Sequence record: PQ805430.1
DNA: 64,000 nt
Reading direction: 5' to 3' (one strand)
From: Escherichia phage EK8
Shown: piece by piece, positions 16,878-25,195 of the stretch
How positions within the stretch are numbered: position 1 is the stretch's first letter
Layout: every line of letters begins with the position of its first letter
The notes under the pieces: generated by a model
Database searches by the model: none
What the model was told of the DNA's origin: nothing
The model's input: the letters and a program-made list of their open reading frames with translations, nothing else
Translations under genes and position numbers: made by a program

Positions 16878-18047
16878 TCAATCGTCCTCCGGCATTTTAA
16901 AGTGTACAACCTGACCGAATGGCGGTGTGAAACCTGGGTTACCATAGACTGCCCAGATCACCGGTTTACGGGGGTTAGGAATGTTGTGCAGATTGTGGAT
17001 GTAACCATCCGTCAATACAACCAGCCAGCGGGACTGATCGGCAGCGTAGGATTCCATCAACTCGTCGATGACCGTACCACCACCGCCCTTCATCTCAATG
17101 TTCAGGAGAGCCTTGAGACTACGGACACGGTTTTTGCTACGCAGCACATGGTCAAACTGCATCACCTCGATATAGTCCGGGTTGAAGCCCTTCAATACGT
17201 GGTGAGTTTCACTGACGAAGAAGTTGAAGATCTTATCGGTTATTGATCCTGATGTATCCCAGCCGAAAGCACCTGGGCCTAAGCCAGGGGAATATTGACT
17301 CGGCAGATAGATACCCATCGGGTGATAACGACGGTTCGGACGCATCCAGTTGAAATCGCCTTTGGTCATGGCGAAAAACAGACGACGAAGCACACGCTGC
17401 CAGGGAATGGCAGGCTTAAGAATGCTGTCAATCAGTCGCTGTAAGTCTGGGCCAATATCGCTGGGCATTTTGCCAGCCATCTCAGCCATCGCCTTACCAC
17501 GCATGACAAGCTCTTGCACCTTCTGCTTAATTTCCTGTCTGGTTTCGGTCTGGTGAGGCCCGTTAGGTTCACGCAGATCCTTCATCGGCATACCGCCAAA
17601 CATATTGTCCGGGGTAGAGCCTTTACCATTCTCTTCCTCTTCATCCTGTAGCAGGCGATACACCTGCATAGTGGAGAGGTTACGGAAATCTTCACGCAGT
17701 AGACCACCCTTCGGCATTTTCAGGCCGACACGGGTGAGGATTAAGTTGATCACGTAATCCGCAGCTTTGTTCCAGAGGTCAGGATCCATACCCTGAGCAC
17801 GTTCAGTGCAGTGCTCCAGTGCGATATGCAGACCTTCATGGGCGACGATGAACTCACGCTCATCAGGGGTGAGGGATTTGAAAAATTCCTCGTTGTAGTA
17901 ACAGTTCAGCCCGTCCGTAAAGGCCGTGGCTTCTGTATTGTTAATGCTGTGCTTACAGCCCAGGATGATGTGAGTGAAGAACACCATCTCATCTTTTGTA
18001 AGTAGGCCGATCTTGGCCTTGCTCATAATTTTTTGGAAGTCCATCAC
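16878..18047 (-). CDS. vWA-domain protein with N-terminal HExxH motif (CobT-like)
   Basis: HEGLH within AHEGLHIALEH; MIDAS-like DTSGS; near AAA ATPase genes. Confidence 0.65.
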   Translation of the reverse strand: MMDFQKIMSKAKIGLLTKDEMVFFTHIILGCKHSINNTEATAFTDGLNCYYNEEFFKSLTPDEREFIVAHEGLHIALEHCTERAQGMDPDLWNKAADYVINLILTRVGLKMPKGGLLREDFRNLSTMQVYRLLQDEEEENGKGSTPDNMFGGMPMKDLREPNGPHQTETRQEIKQKVQELVMRGKAMAEMAGKMPSDIGPDLQRLIDSILKPAIPWQRVLRRLFFAMTKGDFNWMRPNRRYHPMGIYLPSQYSPGLGPGAFGWDTSGSITDKIFNFFVSETHHVLKGFNPDYIEVMQFDHVLRSKNRVRSLKALLNIEMKGGGGTVIDELMESYAADQSRWLVVLTDGYIHNLHNIPNPRKPVIWAVYGNPGFTPPFGQVVHFKMPEDD

Positions 18048-18588
18048 TGTTACCTTTCAGTAAGATCATGGTTTTAATTTCGAATGCCCGATCATTTATC
18101 AGCGACCAATCGAGTTGACGCAGATAATCGTCGAGCAGATATAGTTCACTTTTAATACCCTCATGGGTATCAACCACCATCCACTTATGTACCATGAACT
18201 CACTTTCGTCAGACCAGTAGTACATATCGCAATGCGCACGCATTGTTCTTGATGACTGTGGGTTGAATTTCTCCGTACTGATATTGATTATGCAGTGCGG
18301 AATGTAGGCTTGCCCCAGCAGCTTAGAAGGCGACGGGCTGGATGGTTTAATAAACCGGGAAAAGAGACAGAGAGGATTACGCTGGAATGACCACACGAGT
18401 GGCAACTGCATATCCTCTTGGATGGGTAGTATGATCCTCTGTGCCTCTTCTAAACGAGAATCGGGGACTACCACAAATATTTCTTCTGCCTTTTCGAATT
18501 GGGAAGCCCAGCTTTGTTCGTACTGTTCTTTCCATTCACGCCCGGAGGCCAGACGGGGCTGATCGTTTAGCCACGGATACTTGCTCAT
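17989..18588 (-). CDS. hypothetical protein
   Basis: 199-aa ORF between vWA and AAA genes. Confidence 0.5.
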   Translation of the reverse strand: MSKYPWLNDQPRLASGREWKEQYEQSWASQFEKAEEIFVVVPDSRLEEAQRIILPIQEDMQLPLVWSFQRNPLCLFSRFIKPSSPSPSKLLGQAYIPHCIINISTEKFNPQSSRTMRAHCDMYYWSDESEFMVHKWMVVDTHEGIKSELYLLDDYLRQLDWSLINDRAFEIKTMILLKGNSDGLPKNYEQGQDRPTYKR

Positions 18589-18603
18589 GATAGTCCCCTT
18601 TAC

Positions 18604-19236
18604 TTAGCCGACGATAGAACGGTCTTCTTTGCCGTGGCGTTTCACAATTTCAACGGCCATGTAATACGGCATTGCAGTGATGTTCAGGCTTTCCACTACA
18701 GCGGTTTTTCCGCCGTGCAGAATAGCGAACACATTAGGATTGTTACGGCTTTGGTAAACATCCACCGGGCCGGACATACCGTCCATACGAGTGATCTGCA
18801 CAAAACGCAGTTTGTTGGTCGGTTGTTTTGCTTCCGGCTTACCGAACATCGCGTTACATGCTTCGCAGTCGGTACGGCCACAATGCTTTTCAGGGATAGC
18901 CGCATCACGCAGAGCAGAGAACAGATAGCTCAGAGCGTCGATAGCATCATCCTGGCTTTGTGGATCAAAGATTTCGGGATCTTTATACTCCGGGTTCGGG
19001 CCAGCCGGTTCAGCCTGTTGATACGCAGTCTGGTCTTCGCCGGGTTTAGCCGGGTCAACAGCCACTTCGGGCATTACACCGACTTCCAGTGCAGCACCGG
19101 CAGCGACAACAGCCTCCTCTACGAGGTTACGCAGATTGGCTCGTTGATCCTGGCGAGCACGAGTGATTGCCAGTTCAATTGCCAGTTCTTGCAGGCTTTG
19201 TGGTAAAGAATTAAAGGTACGGATGGTATTAGACAT
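18604..19236 (-). CDS. hypothetical protein
   Basis: 210-aa ORF; CGRTDCEAC Cys cluster. Confidence 0.5.
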   Translation of the reverse strand: MSNTIRTFNSLPQSLQELAIELAITRARQDQRANLRNLVEEAVVAAGAALEVGVMPEVAVDPAKPGEDQTAYQQAEPAGPNPEYKDPEIFDPQSQDDAIDALSYLFSALRDAAIPEKHCGRTDCEACNAMFGKPEAKQPTNKLRFVQITRMDGMSGPVDVYQSRNNPNVFAILHGGKTAVVESLNITAMPYYMAVEIVKRHGKEDRSIVG

Positions 19237-19277
19237 TGACTGTCTCCAGTTAAAGTGGGGCCGAAGCCCCAGGGGGA

Positions 19278-20318
19278 TTAATGCCAGAGTTCTTTGCTGT
19301 TACGAGCGATCCAGTCCTTCATCGCTTCATGCTGGATGAGTGAATCGTCACGCGCCATGATGTGACGGAATGCGATTACCTGGTACTCCATCAGCATACG
19401 CTCGATGTACGGCACCAGTTTATCGATGTTGTCCTTATTGGCGTGCTGAGCCATTGAACCGGCTACAGCGTAAACCAGCGACGGATTATCATCGCTTTCC
19501 GGGCAACGGGCTTTCAGCGGGTCTGCCAGAATGTCAGCCAGCTTCGGCACCTGGTCGAAGATTTTACAGAATGCAATAAATTCAGCACCTACACCAGATG
19601 AGATACAGCCAGCCACCAGCGGCAGGTCAGCATCAGTTACCGGTTCGCCACGGATCAGCTTATCCAGGAACATCCAGGTACGCGGAGCAGCGAAGGTCAG
19701 GTCGTCGTGGTCAGGCTTGAAGTGATGCACATAGTCCGGTTTGAACTCCAGAAACGCAGCGATACGATAATCGATATTCTGCGTCAGGGCATACTTCATG
19801 AAGCAATCCAGGTTGGTATACACCTGGAAGTTGATCATACGAGACTGCAACGGAGTTGGTAACGGGTTAACGATGGCACCATCGTCTTCCATGTTACCGG
19901 CAGCGGCCAGGAGTGCATGGGAGTGCAGCTTACGCTGGCCTACCATTTTATCCAGGATCAGCTTGAATGCAGCAGCCTGTACGGACGGAGCCGCAGACGG
20001 CAGTTCATCCAGGAATACCAGCCAGCCTTTGTAGCCTTCGGGGATAGAATCCCCTTCGACCGGGAATACGTCGAACGGTACATACTCCGCAATGTTGCGG
20101 GCACCGGACGTGTTGAAGTATGGCAGACCGTTCATGTCAGCAGGGTCATACGTGCTCAGACGCACGTCAATGACCTTGAGGCTGAACTTTTCTGCGATGG
20201 TGCGAATGATATCGGATTTACCGATGGCAGGTGATCCATGCAGCATAGGCACCAGACGTTTTTTGAGCACACGTTCTACGAACGGGATGGAGTGATCCAG
20301 ACGGACTTGGGTTGTCAT
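19278..20318 (-). CDS. AAA+ ATPase (MoxR/CobS-like)
   Basis: Walker A LHGSPAIGKSD; Walker B LVFLDELP. Confidence 0.7.
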   Translation of the reverse strand: MTTQVRLDHSIPFVERVLKKRLVPMLHGSPAIGKSDIIRTIAEKFSLKVIDVRLSTYDPADMNGLPYFNTSGARNIAEYVPFDVFPVEGDSIPEGYKGWLVFLDELPSAAPSVQAAAFKLILDKMVGQRKLHSHALLAAAGNMEDDGAIVNPLPTPLQSRMINFQVYTNLDCFMKYALTQNIDYRIAAFLEFKPDYVHHFKPDHDDLTFAAPRTWMFLDKLIRGEPVTDADLPLVAGCISSGVGAEFIAFCKIFDQVPKLADILADPLKARCPESDDNPSLVYAVAGSMAQHANKDNIDKLVPYIERMLMEYQVIAFRHIMARDDSLIQHEAMKDWIARNSKELWH

Positions 20319-20320
20319 AA

Positions 20321-21088
20321 CTATACCTGTAAGAAGTAACGGTGAATGAGTTGATTCACAACACGGACGCCAATAGCATTCGTCTTGTAGACCATTTTAA
20401 GTTGGGCCTGCACTTCGTTGATGACCTTCTTCTTGTACTGGCTTAAGTTCTTGCCAGTACCGAACGCCTTAATGTACTCGTCCAGTAAACGAGACTCCGG
20501 CACCAGGTCGAGAAGGGATTGCAGGGACGGTCGGATGGTACTGAAATGCAGTGCCACACGTCCTAAAAATTCTGTACGCACACCCAGTTCACGCATACGG
20601 TCGTGGGTGAGGTTAGCTTCGCCATTGAAAGCACCAGCGAACACGAATAATACGTGCTCAACGGAGACTTTCTCGTACTTGCCATAGTCACCAAAGACAC
20701 TGGCGGTACTGCTTTCCAGCATGGTGAGGAACTCGTTCTGGACACCGGCCAGAGCTTCGTGAGTCTCACCGCCTACGCCATTGGTAAACAGCTTATCGAA
20801 CTCGTCTACGAAGATTACGATGCCGTTTACCCCGACCATTCCCCGGAGGGGAGCCAGGGCTTTGGATAACGAGTTACCCGATACACCTTCTTTGGTTAAA
20901 CCAGCAGCGTTGACTTCCAGCATCTGAATTTCACGCTCTTTGGCGAGAGTCGAGATCAGGTGAGATTTACCAGATCCTGATTCACCCGACAGGATGAAGT
21001 GAGGGCGGATCGCACCTTTAGATTTAGTGTAAGCATCAAAGACGCGGCCTAATACGCCCGCAACTTCTTCTTGTTCTGGGAGAATCAT
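20321..21088 (-). CDS. P-loop ATPase (AAA-like)
   Basis: Walker A SGESGSGKSHL; Walker B IVIFVDEFDKL. Confidence 0.65.
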   Translation of the reverse strand: MILPEQEEVAGVLGRVFDAYTKSKGAIRPHFILSGESGSGKSHLISTLAKEREIQMLEVNAAGLTKEGVSGNSLSKALAPLRGMVGVNGIVIFVDEFDKLFTNGVGGETHEALAGVQNEFLTMLESSTASVFGDYGKYEKVSVEHVLFVFAGAFNGEANLTHDRMRELGVRTEFLGRVALHFSTIRPSLQSLLDLVPESRLLDEYIKAFGTGKNLSQYKKKVINEVQAQLKMVYKTNAIGVRVVNQLIHRYFLQV

Positions 21089-21159
21089 AGATACCTCGAA
21101 TTAGGTTCAGGTGCCTACTCACGGTCGGCAGGGACTTTCATATTTCAGCACCAGAGGGA

Positions 21160-21552
21160 TTAACGACAGTCGAACGCAATACCGAATTGCTTCTGGCCTT
21201 CGTAGCGGAATACGCCATAGAAGCCCGCATACTGGCCTGTGCCTTTGCTGAACAGCAGACCAATGTTGTTGTAGCCCTGTATACCAGAAGGCTTCTGGAT
21301 GATGAGCTGAGGCGACACCATTGCTACTTTGCCTTTCGCGTTAATCACGGTGAATCGGTCACCCTGATCACGGATGAAGGAGATGGCCAACGGCTGATCC
21401 GGTTTACCCGTTTCAGTGCGAACAGCCTGACACCAGAGATCAGTAGCCGGGGCGGAGGCAACCGCCGTAACCTGCGTAGCAGGTGTAGGCTGGTTGACGA
21501 CGCACCCAGCAAGAGAAAAAACAGCGACAGCAACGAGAATAAGTTTTTTCAT
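21160..21552 (-). CDS. lipoprotein
   Basis: MKKLILVAVAVFSLAG-C signal peptide with lipobox LAGC; second Cys at C-terminus. Confidence 0.7.
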   Translation of the reverse strand: MKKLILVAVAVFSLAGCVVNQPTPATQVTAVASAPATDLWCQAVRTETGKPDQPLAISFIRDQGDRFTVINAKGKVAMVSPQLIIQKPSGIQGYNNIGLLFSKGTGQYAGFYGVFRYEGQKQFGIAFDCR

Positions 21553-21723
21553 TTCTTAACTTCCGGTACGAATTGCATTACACAATTCTGGTTTCGAGGT
21601 ATGTTGAGTTCGCACTCATCACGTTTTTGTGTAAGTTCACTAGTTACTGTCCAATAGGTCAGCAAACCCATAAGAAATGCTCCCAACACTAAACCAATAA
21701 CAAATTCCGGTTTATGATTCATC
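21552..21723 (-). CDS. small membrane protein (57 aa), coupled to lipoprotein gene
   Basis: hand-translated MNHKPEFVIGLVLGAFLMGLLTYW...; TGA overlaps lipoprotein ATG (ATGA); not in ORF track (<60 aa). Confidence 0.35.
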
Positions 21724-22044
21724 TTTGATGCCCCTTAAACCAGGGATTGAGTTAAGCCGGGAGATGTATTCACCGATGTAAAACAACTCATTAATTTCAT
21801 CTTGCGTACAAATTAATTTATTGCCTGCATCAGTGATGATTTCCCAGGTTGGTATGAATACTAAAGCCGGGATACCATTGCCTTCACGCAGAACGAACGC
21901 ATTACCGCAACGGCGACCATCTTTAGTGAAAAGCTGGCGACCAACCTCTACTACGCCATCAGGCTTATAAGCAGTGGCCCATTCGGGTAAAACTTCACGT
22001 TTGAATTGCTCATTTTGATCTTCAAAGTAATCTTCAAAGCTCAT
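21712..22044 (-). CDS. hypothetical protein
   Basis: 110-aa ORF. Confidence 0.5.
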   Translation of the reverse strand: MSFEDYFEDQNEQFKREVLPEWATAYKPDGVVEVGRQLFTKDGRRCGNAFVLREGNGIPALVFIPTWEIITDAGNKLICTQDEINELFYIGEYISRLNSIPGLRGIKDES

Positions 22045-22403
22045 ACCTGCTCCTTCTTGGCACGCTGCATTCGTTTACAATTCTCTTTCTGGCTTACCAG
22101 TTCGAGGTGTTCCGGATTACAGCAGAGACGGTTACGGCATTTATGATCCACCTGCTTATTGCCGGGGATGTAGCCGAAGTAATGGGTAGCCATGACGATG
22201 TGAGTAGCACACGTCTGGCTGTTAATACTGATACGGCCATAACCTCCACCACGTCCTTCGCCCGAAGTGGGGCCAGTCCAGATATGACAAGGGGATACGA
22301 CACCGTTAACGCGATAACCGCAGTCACGGATATCCACCCGCTTCATGATACGGTCGCAGATTTCCTGACGACGATCAGGATGGGGATGTTTTTTCGTGAT
22401 CAC
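22041..22403 (-). CDS. HNH endonuclease
   Basis: Cys/His-rich core QVDHKCRNRLCCNPEHLELVSQKEN. Confidence 0.8.
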   Translation of the reverse strand: MITKKHPHPDRRQEICDRIMKRVDIRDCGYRVNGVVSPCHIWTGPTSGEGRGGGYGRISINSQTCATHIVMATHYFGYIPGNKQVDHKCRNRLCCNPEHLELVSQKENCKRMQRAKKEQV

Positions 22404-22654
22404 TTTGAATCCAGAAATAGTAGGGCTTGCTCCAGATATAACCGAAGGTCAAGCAGTTCGTCATGATAGAGGAAGAGGCTATGAAACTTGTCGTGATACA
22501 TACTGCGCCCATGTTCAGTAGTCGAGTAATACTCTTCATGTAGTTCCAGTTTGTACCTGGAATCCTTCCTCCTGGTTTCTTTGGTGATTGTTACCGTCAC
22601 CGTACCATTGGTATGACGACGTTCGATCACTTGGGTCATACTGTCCATAAACAC
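22400..22654 (-). CDS. hypothetical protein
   Basis: 84-aa ORF, ATGA overlap with HNH gene. Confidence 0.45.
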   Translation of the reverse strand: MFMDSMTQVIERRHTNGTVTVTITKETRRKDSRYKLELHEEYYSTTEHGRSMYHDKFHSLFLYHDELLDLRLYLEQALLFLDSK

Positions 22655-22711
22655 TCCTGACTGTCTTACTCCCGAAGTGGGGAGATCGACTCATTGAGTG
22701 CCCGGAGGGCA

Positions 22712-22969
22712 CTACTCTTCGGGTTCAGCAATTTCCACTGAGAAGCCCTGCTGGGCTAACAGTGTGGCTACTTCACCGGTTTCGAGATAACGGGTAGGCT
22801 CGCAGTTCATGGTACGGCCTGCGGGCAGGTAGATGGTTTTGCCCACTTCTTTGATGAGGGTGTTGTGATACATCATCACCAGAGAGTGAACAGTGTTCTC
22901 ATCGTAGGGATACAGATGAGCTTTGATTTCGCTCAGGGCTTCGTCCAGGTTATTCGCTGTCCTGAACAT
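22712..22969 (-). CDS. hypothetical protein
   Basis: start placed at internal ATG to limit overlap; track ORF extends to 23026. Confidence 0.4.
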   Translation of the reverse strand: MFRTANNLDEALSEIKAHLYPYDENTVHSLVMMYHNTLIKEVGKTIYLPAGRTMNCEPTRYLETGEVATLLAQQGFSVEIAEPEE

Positions 22970-23543
22970 CGGCACCGGAGCCAGAGGGATCTTTGAAAGC
23001 ATTTGCATATACCTTAGCTGCAACACGACGCATTAAGGCAATGGCCTGTTCCTGCGTCATATCTTCCAGTTGTGAGTCGATATCCAGAGCACGTTCAAGC
23101 TGCTCAGGGGCGTAGATTTCTTTGTCGTGGAGAATGTCCAGCATTGCATGGCCAGACTTCTTCACATACTGGCTTAGGTAGCCCCAGAAAGCCGGTGTAG
23201 GCTGTCCTGACGGCGTAAAGAAGCCAGACAATACACGAGCTTCCAGACCAGCATAATCCGCATCGGATAATGTTTTATGGGCTTTAGCCAGTTGACAATT
23301 AGATTCTTTAAACAGGTCTTCTTGCAGACGTAAACCCATCTCCAGGGGAGTTTCCTGTTTACGTTTAGGGGCTAATAATTCATCGTACAGTTTGTCAATA
23401 GAAGTCTGGCCTTCATATGCCATCTGAACTTTGACAGCACGTACTGTAGCGACACGGAGGCCATACATGTTGGCTACCTGATACTCGCTGTACTGCAACA
23501 AAGCACGGCGAACCTTGTTTTCCATATCTTTGGTAAGTTGCAT
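22950..23543 (-). CDS. hypothetical protein, possible HTH DNA-binding regulator
   Basis: first gene after a 516-nt noncoding region; N-terminal ALLQYSEYQVANMYGLRVATVRA is helix-turn-helix-like. Confidence 0.45.
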   Translation of the reverse strand: MQLTKDMENKVRRALLQYSEYQVANMYGLRVATVRAVKVQMAYEGQTSIDKLYDELLAPKRKQETPLEMGLRLQEDLFKESNCQLAKAHKTLSDADYAGLEARVLSGFFTPSGQPTPAFWGYLSQYVKKSGHAMLDILHDKEIYAPEQLERALDIDSQLEDMTQEQAIALMRRVAAKVYANAFKDPSGSGADVQDSE

Positions 23544-23695
23544 TTTAATCTCCAGGGTTAAATTTAAGCCTATAGATAACCTGATTTGGTATATAGGATC
23601 GTTTAGTCAGACTGTCTCAAATGACTGTCTTCAACATATAGGTTTAAAACTTACGACACATACTATGTAAGGTCTAAAACTGTATGCTCAAAACT

Positions 23696-23720
23696 AAAAA
23701 CCCCTCACAAGGAGGGGTTT
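23696..23720 (-). terminator. hairpin terminator, potentially bidirectional
   Basis: AAAAA-CCCCTC-ACAAG-GAGGGG-TTT. Confidence 0.5.
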
Positions 23721-23964
23721 CTATTGCCATGTTTATCGTTGATTACAGGATCTGGAATCCTGCGCGTCTCAACCCTAGTGGGTCAGTCGCCGATTTCACT
23801 TTTACGACCAGAGGATCGTCTGTATGAACTACATCTGATACATGGCGGTACAGATGCAGCAACGATAAGATAAACCAGATTAGCATCAGGTATCCTCATC
23901 GTAAGGTGAATCACACTATGTAATTCACATTGGATTATATAACCATAATACAATGTAAACTAAG

Positions 23965-23995
23965 AAAAAGTAGGACACCCTAAGATGGGGTGTCC
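23965..23995 (-). terminator. rho-independent terminator (minus strand)
   Basis: 8-bp stem GGACACCC/GGGTGTCC, A-run on plus side. Confidence 0.55.
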
Positions 23996-24059
23996 TTTCA
24001 GAAAGTAAAAACTAAGTTATGCAGACGCAGAGCGTCATTCATTAAACGCACGGAGTGCG

Positions 24060-24305
24060 TCATTTAAGTTTAAAACGGAGCTTCTGGGTTCCACCCTGTT
24101 CATCGAATACGGACTGCACTTCCACTACACCCTCGTGATCCAGTACCAGTACCTTGTCAGCTTTATTGGTGAACTCACCCTCGATTTCAATGACCTTCAA
24201 GCCTAACAGCTTCTTGGTTTTGAACTCGTTCAGCTTATCTTCGGTGGTATAGATGACTCTGGTTTGTTGTGTAATATGTTGATAACCGCGAAATGGGTCG
24301 GCCAT
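24060..24305 (-). CDS. hypothetical protein
   Basis: 81-aa ORF. Confidence 0.5.
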   Translation of the reverse strand: MADPFRGYQHITQQTRVIYTTEDKLNEFKTKKLLGLKVIEIEGEFTNKADKVLVLDHEGVVEVQSVFDEQGGTQKLRFKLK

Positions 24306-24577
24306 TATTCCTCCAGGTATAGACGGATCAGCTTGTCCTCCCCGTCTTCGTAGACACTGACGCCAACCACGCCGAATACTGGCAGATTGATACGCATCCA
24401 GCCTTTCTCCAGCAGATCAGGAGTAATGCGGAACTCGGTCGGGTTAACTCCGGCCAGCATACTGGCCTTGACCGTCGAAACGAGAGAGGCGGGAACATTC
24501 AACCGGGCGACAGGCTTACCCGGTTGTGGCAGAGATTGCAGCAATTTCATAGTTACCTCGATTTGAAGGTGATGCAC
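24305..24577 (-). CDS. hypothetical protein
   Basis: 90-aa ORF. Confidence 0.5.
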   Translation of the reverse strand: MHHLQIEVTMKLLQSLPQPGKPVARLNVPASLVSTVKASMLAGVNPTEFRITPDLLEKGWMRINLPVFGVVGVSVYEDGEDKLIRLYLEE

Positions 24578-24798
24578 TTAAACGAGCCATAAACACTCTC
24601 ATACTGGATTGAGTCAGTATCTATGGGCATTAGTATGCAAGGGAATGTACGGTTAACCTCATCGATCCAGGCATTGGGTACGAGTACCTCATGATCCTTT
24701 ATACCGATGAGCATTTCAGTTCTGAGTTCATCCATGATATCGCCCGGCAACCGGACTTCTACCCTGGGATCTGAACCATTGGATATGAAGACAGCCAT
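24553..24798 (-). CDS. hypothetical protein
   Basis: 81-aa ORF. Confidence 0.5.
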   Translation of the reverse strand: MAVFISNGSDPRVEVRLPGDIMDELRTEMLIGIKDHEVLVPNAWIDEVNRTFPCILMPIDTDSIQYESVYGSFKCITFKSR

Positions 24799-24806
24799 AG
24801 GATCTC

Positions 24807-24953
24807 TTATCGTTTATACCAGTCTTTGATTTTGCAAGTAGTACAAACTGAGAATAGTTTTATGTATTGATTCGCTGTACCACCAAATTTTCTTGCACGT
24901 TCCTCAGCAGAAGGAACAAGTACAATTTCTTTATTACACTTCGAACATTTCAT
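24807..24953 (-). CDS. small Cys4 zinc-ribbon protein (48 aa)
   Basis: hand-translated MKCSKCNKEIVLVP...CTTCKIKDWYKR; CxxC...CxxC; GGAG RBS 8 nt upstream; not in ORF track (<60 aa). Confidence 0.45.
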   Translation of the reverse strand: MKCSKCNKEIVLVPSAEERARKFGGTANQYIKLFSVCTTCKIKDWYKR

Positions 24954-24971
24954 AGGATCTCCAAATGAAAT

Positions 24972-24992
24972 AGCCACCCCGAAGGGGTGGCT
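24972..24992 (-). terminator. hairpin terminator (minus strand)
   Basis: 9-bp stem AGCCACCCC/GGGGTGGCT with GAA loop immediately after upstream stop. Confidence 0.5.
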
Positions 24993-24997
24993 GGTGG

Positions 24998-25195
24998 TTA
25001 TTTCGGATACTTCGGGTCATTTTCTTTAAGCCAGATAACATGGCGATTGAAGGTATTAACCAGACGGTTGTATTCACCACCTGTGGCGACATTAATCATA
25101 TCAATGCCACATTCGAAGCTGCATGTTAGATTAGCAATCTGGATACTGGTCTTTCTGGCTTGTCGCTTATGCCACCAGATTTTAAGAAAGAGCAT
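24998..25195 (-). CDS. hypothetical small protein
   Basis: 65 aa from internal ATG 25195, 11 nt after RNAP II large subunit stop. Confidence 0.4.
   Translation of the reverse strand: MLFLKIWWHKRQARKTSIQIANLTCSFECGIDMINVATGGEYNRLVNTFNRHVIWLKENDPKYPK

Noticed and set aside
24046-24060. ACGCAC-GGA-GTGCGT hairpin as a vRNAP promoter
   Set aside because: It abuts the stop codon of gene 24060..24305 and precedes two further terminator hairpins, so a terminator or RNA-stability role is at least as likely; kept only inside the boundary-region finding
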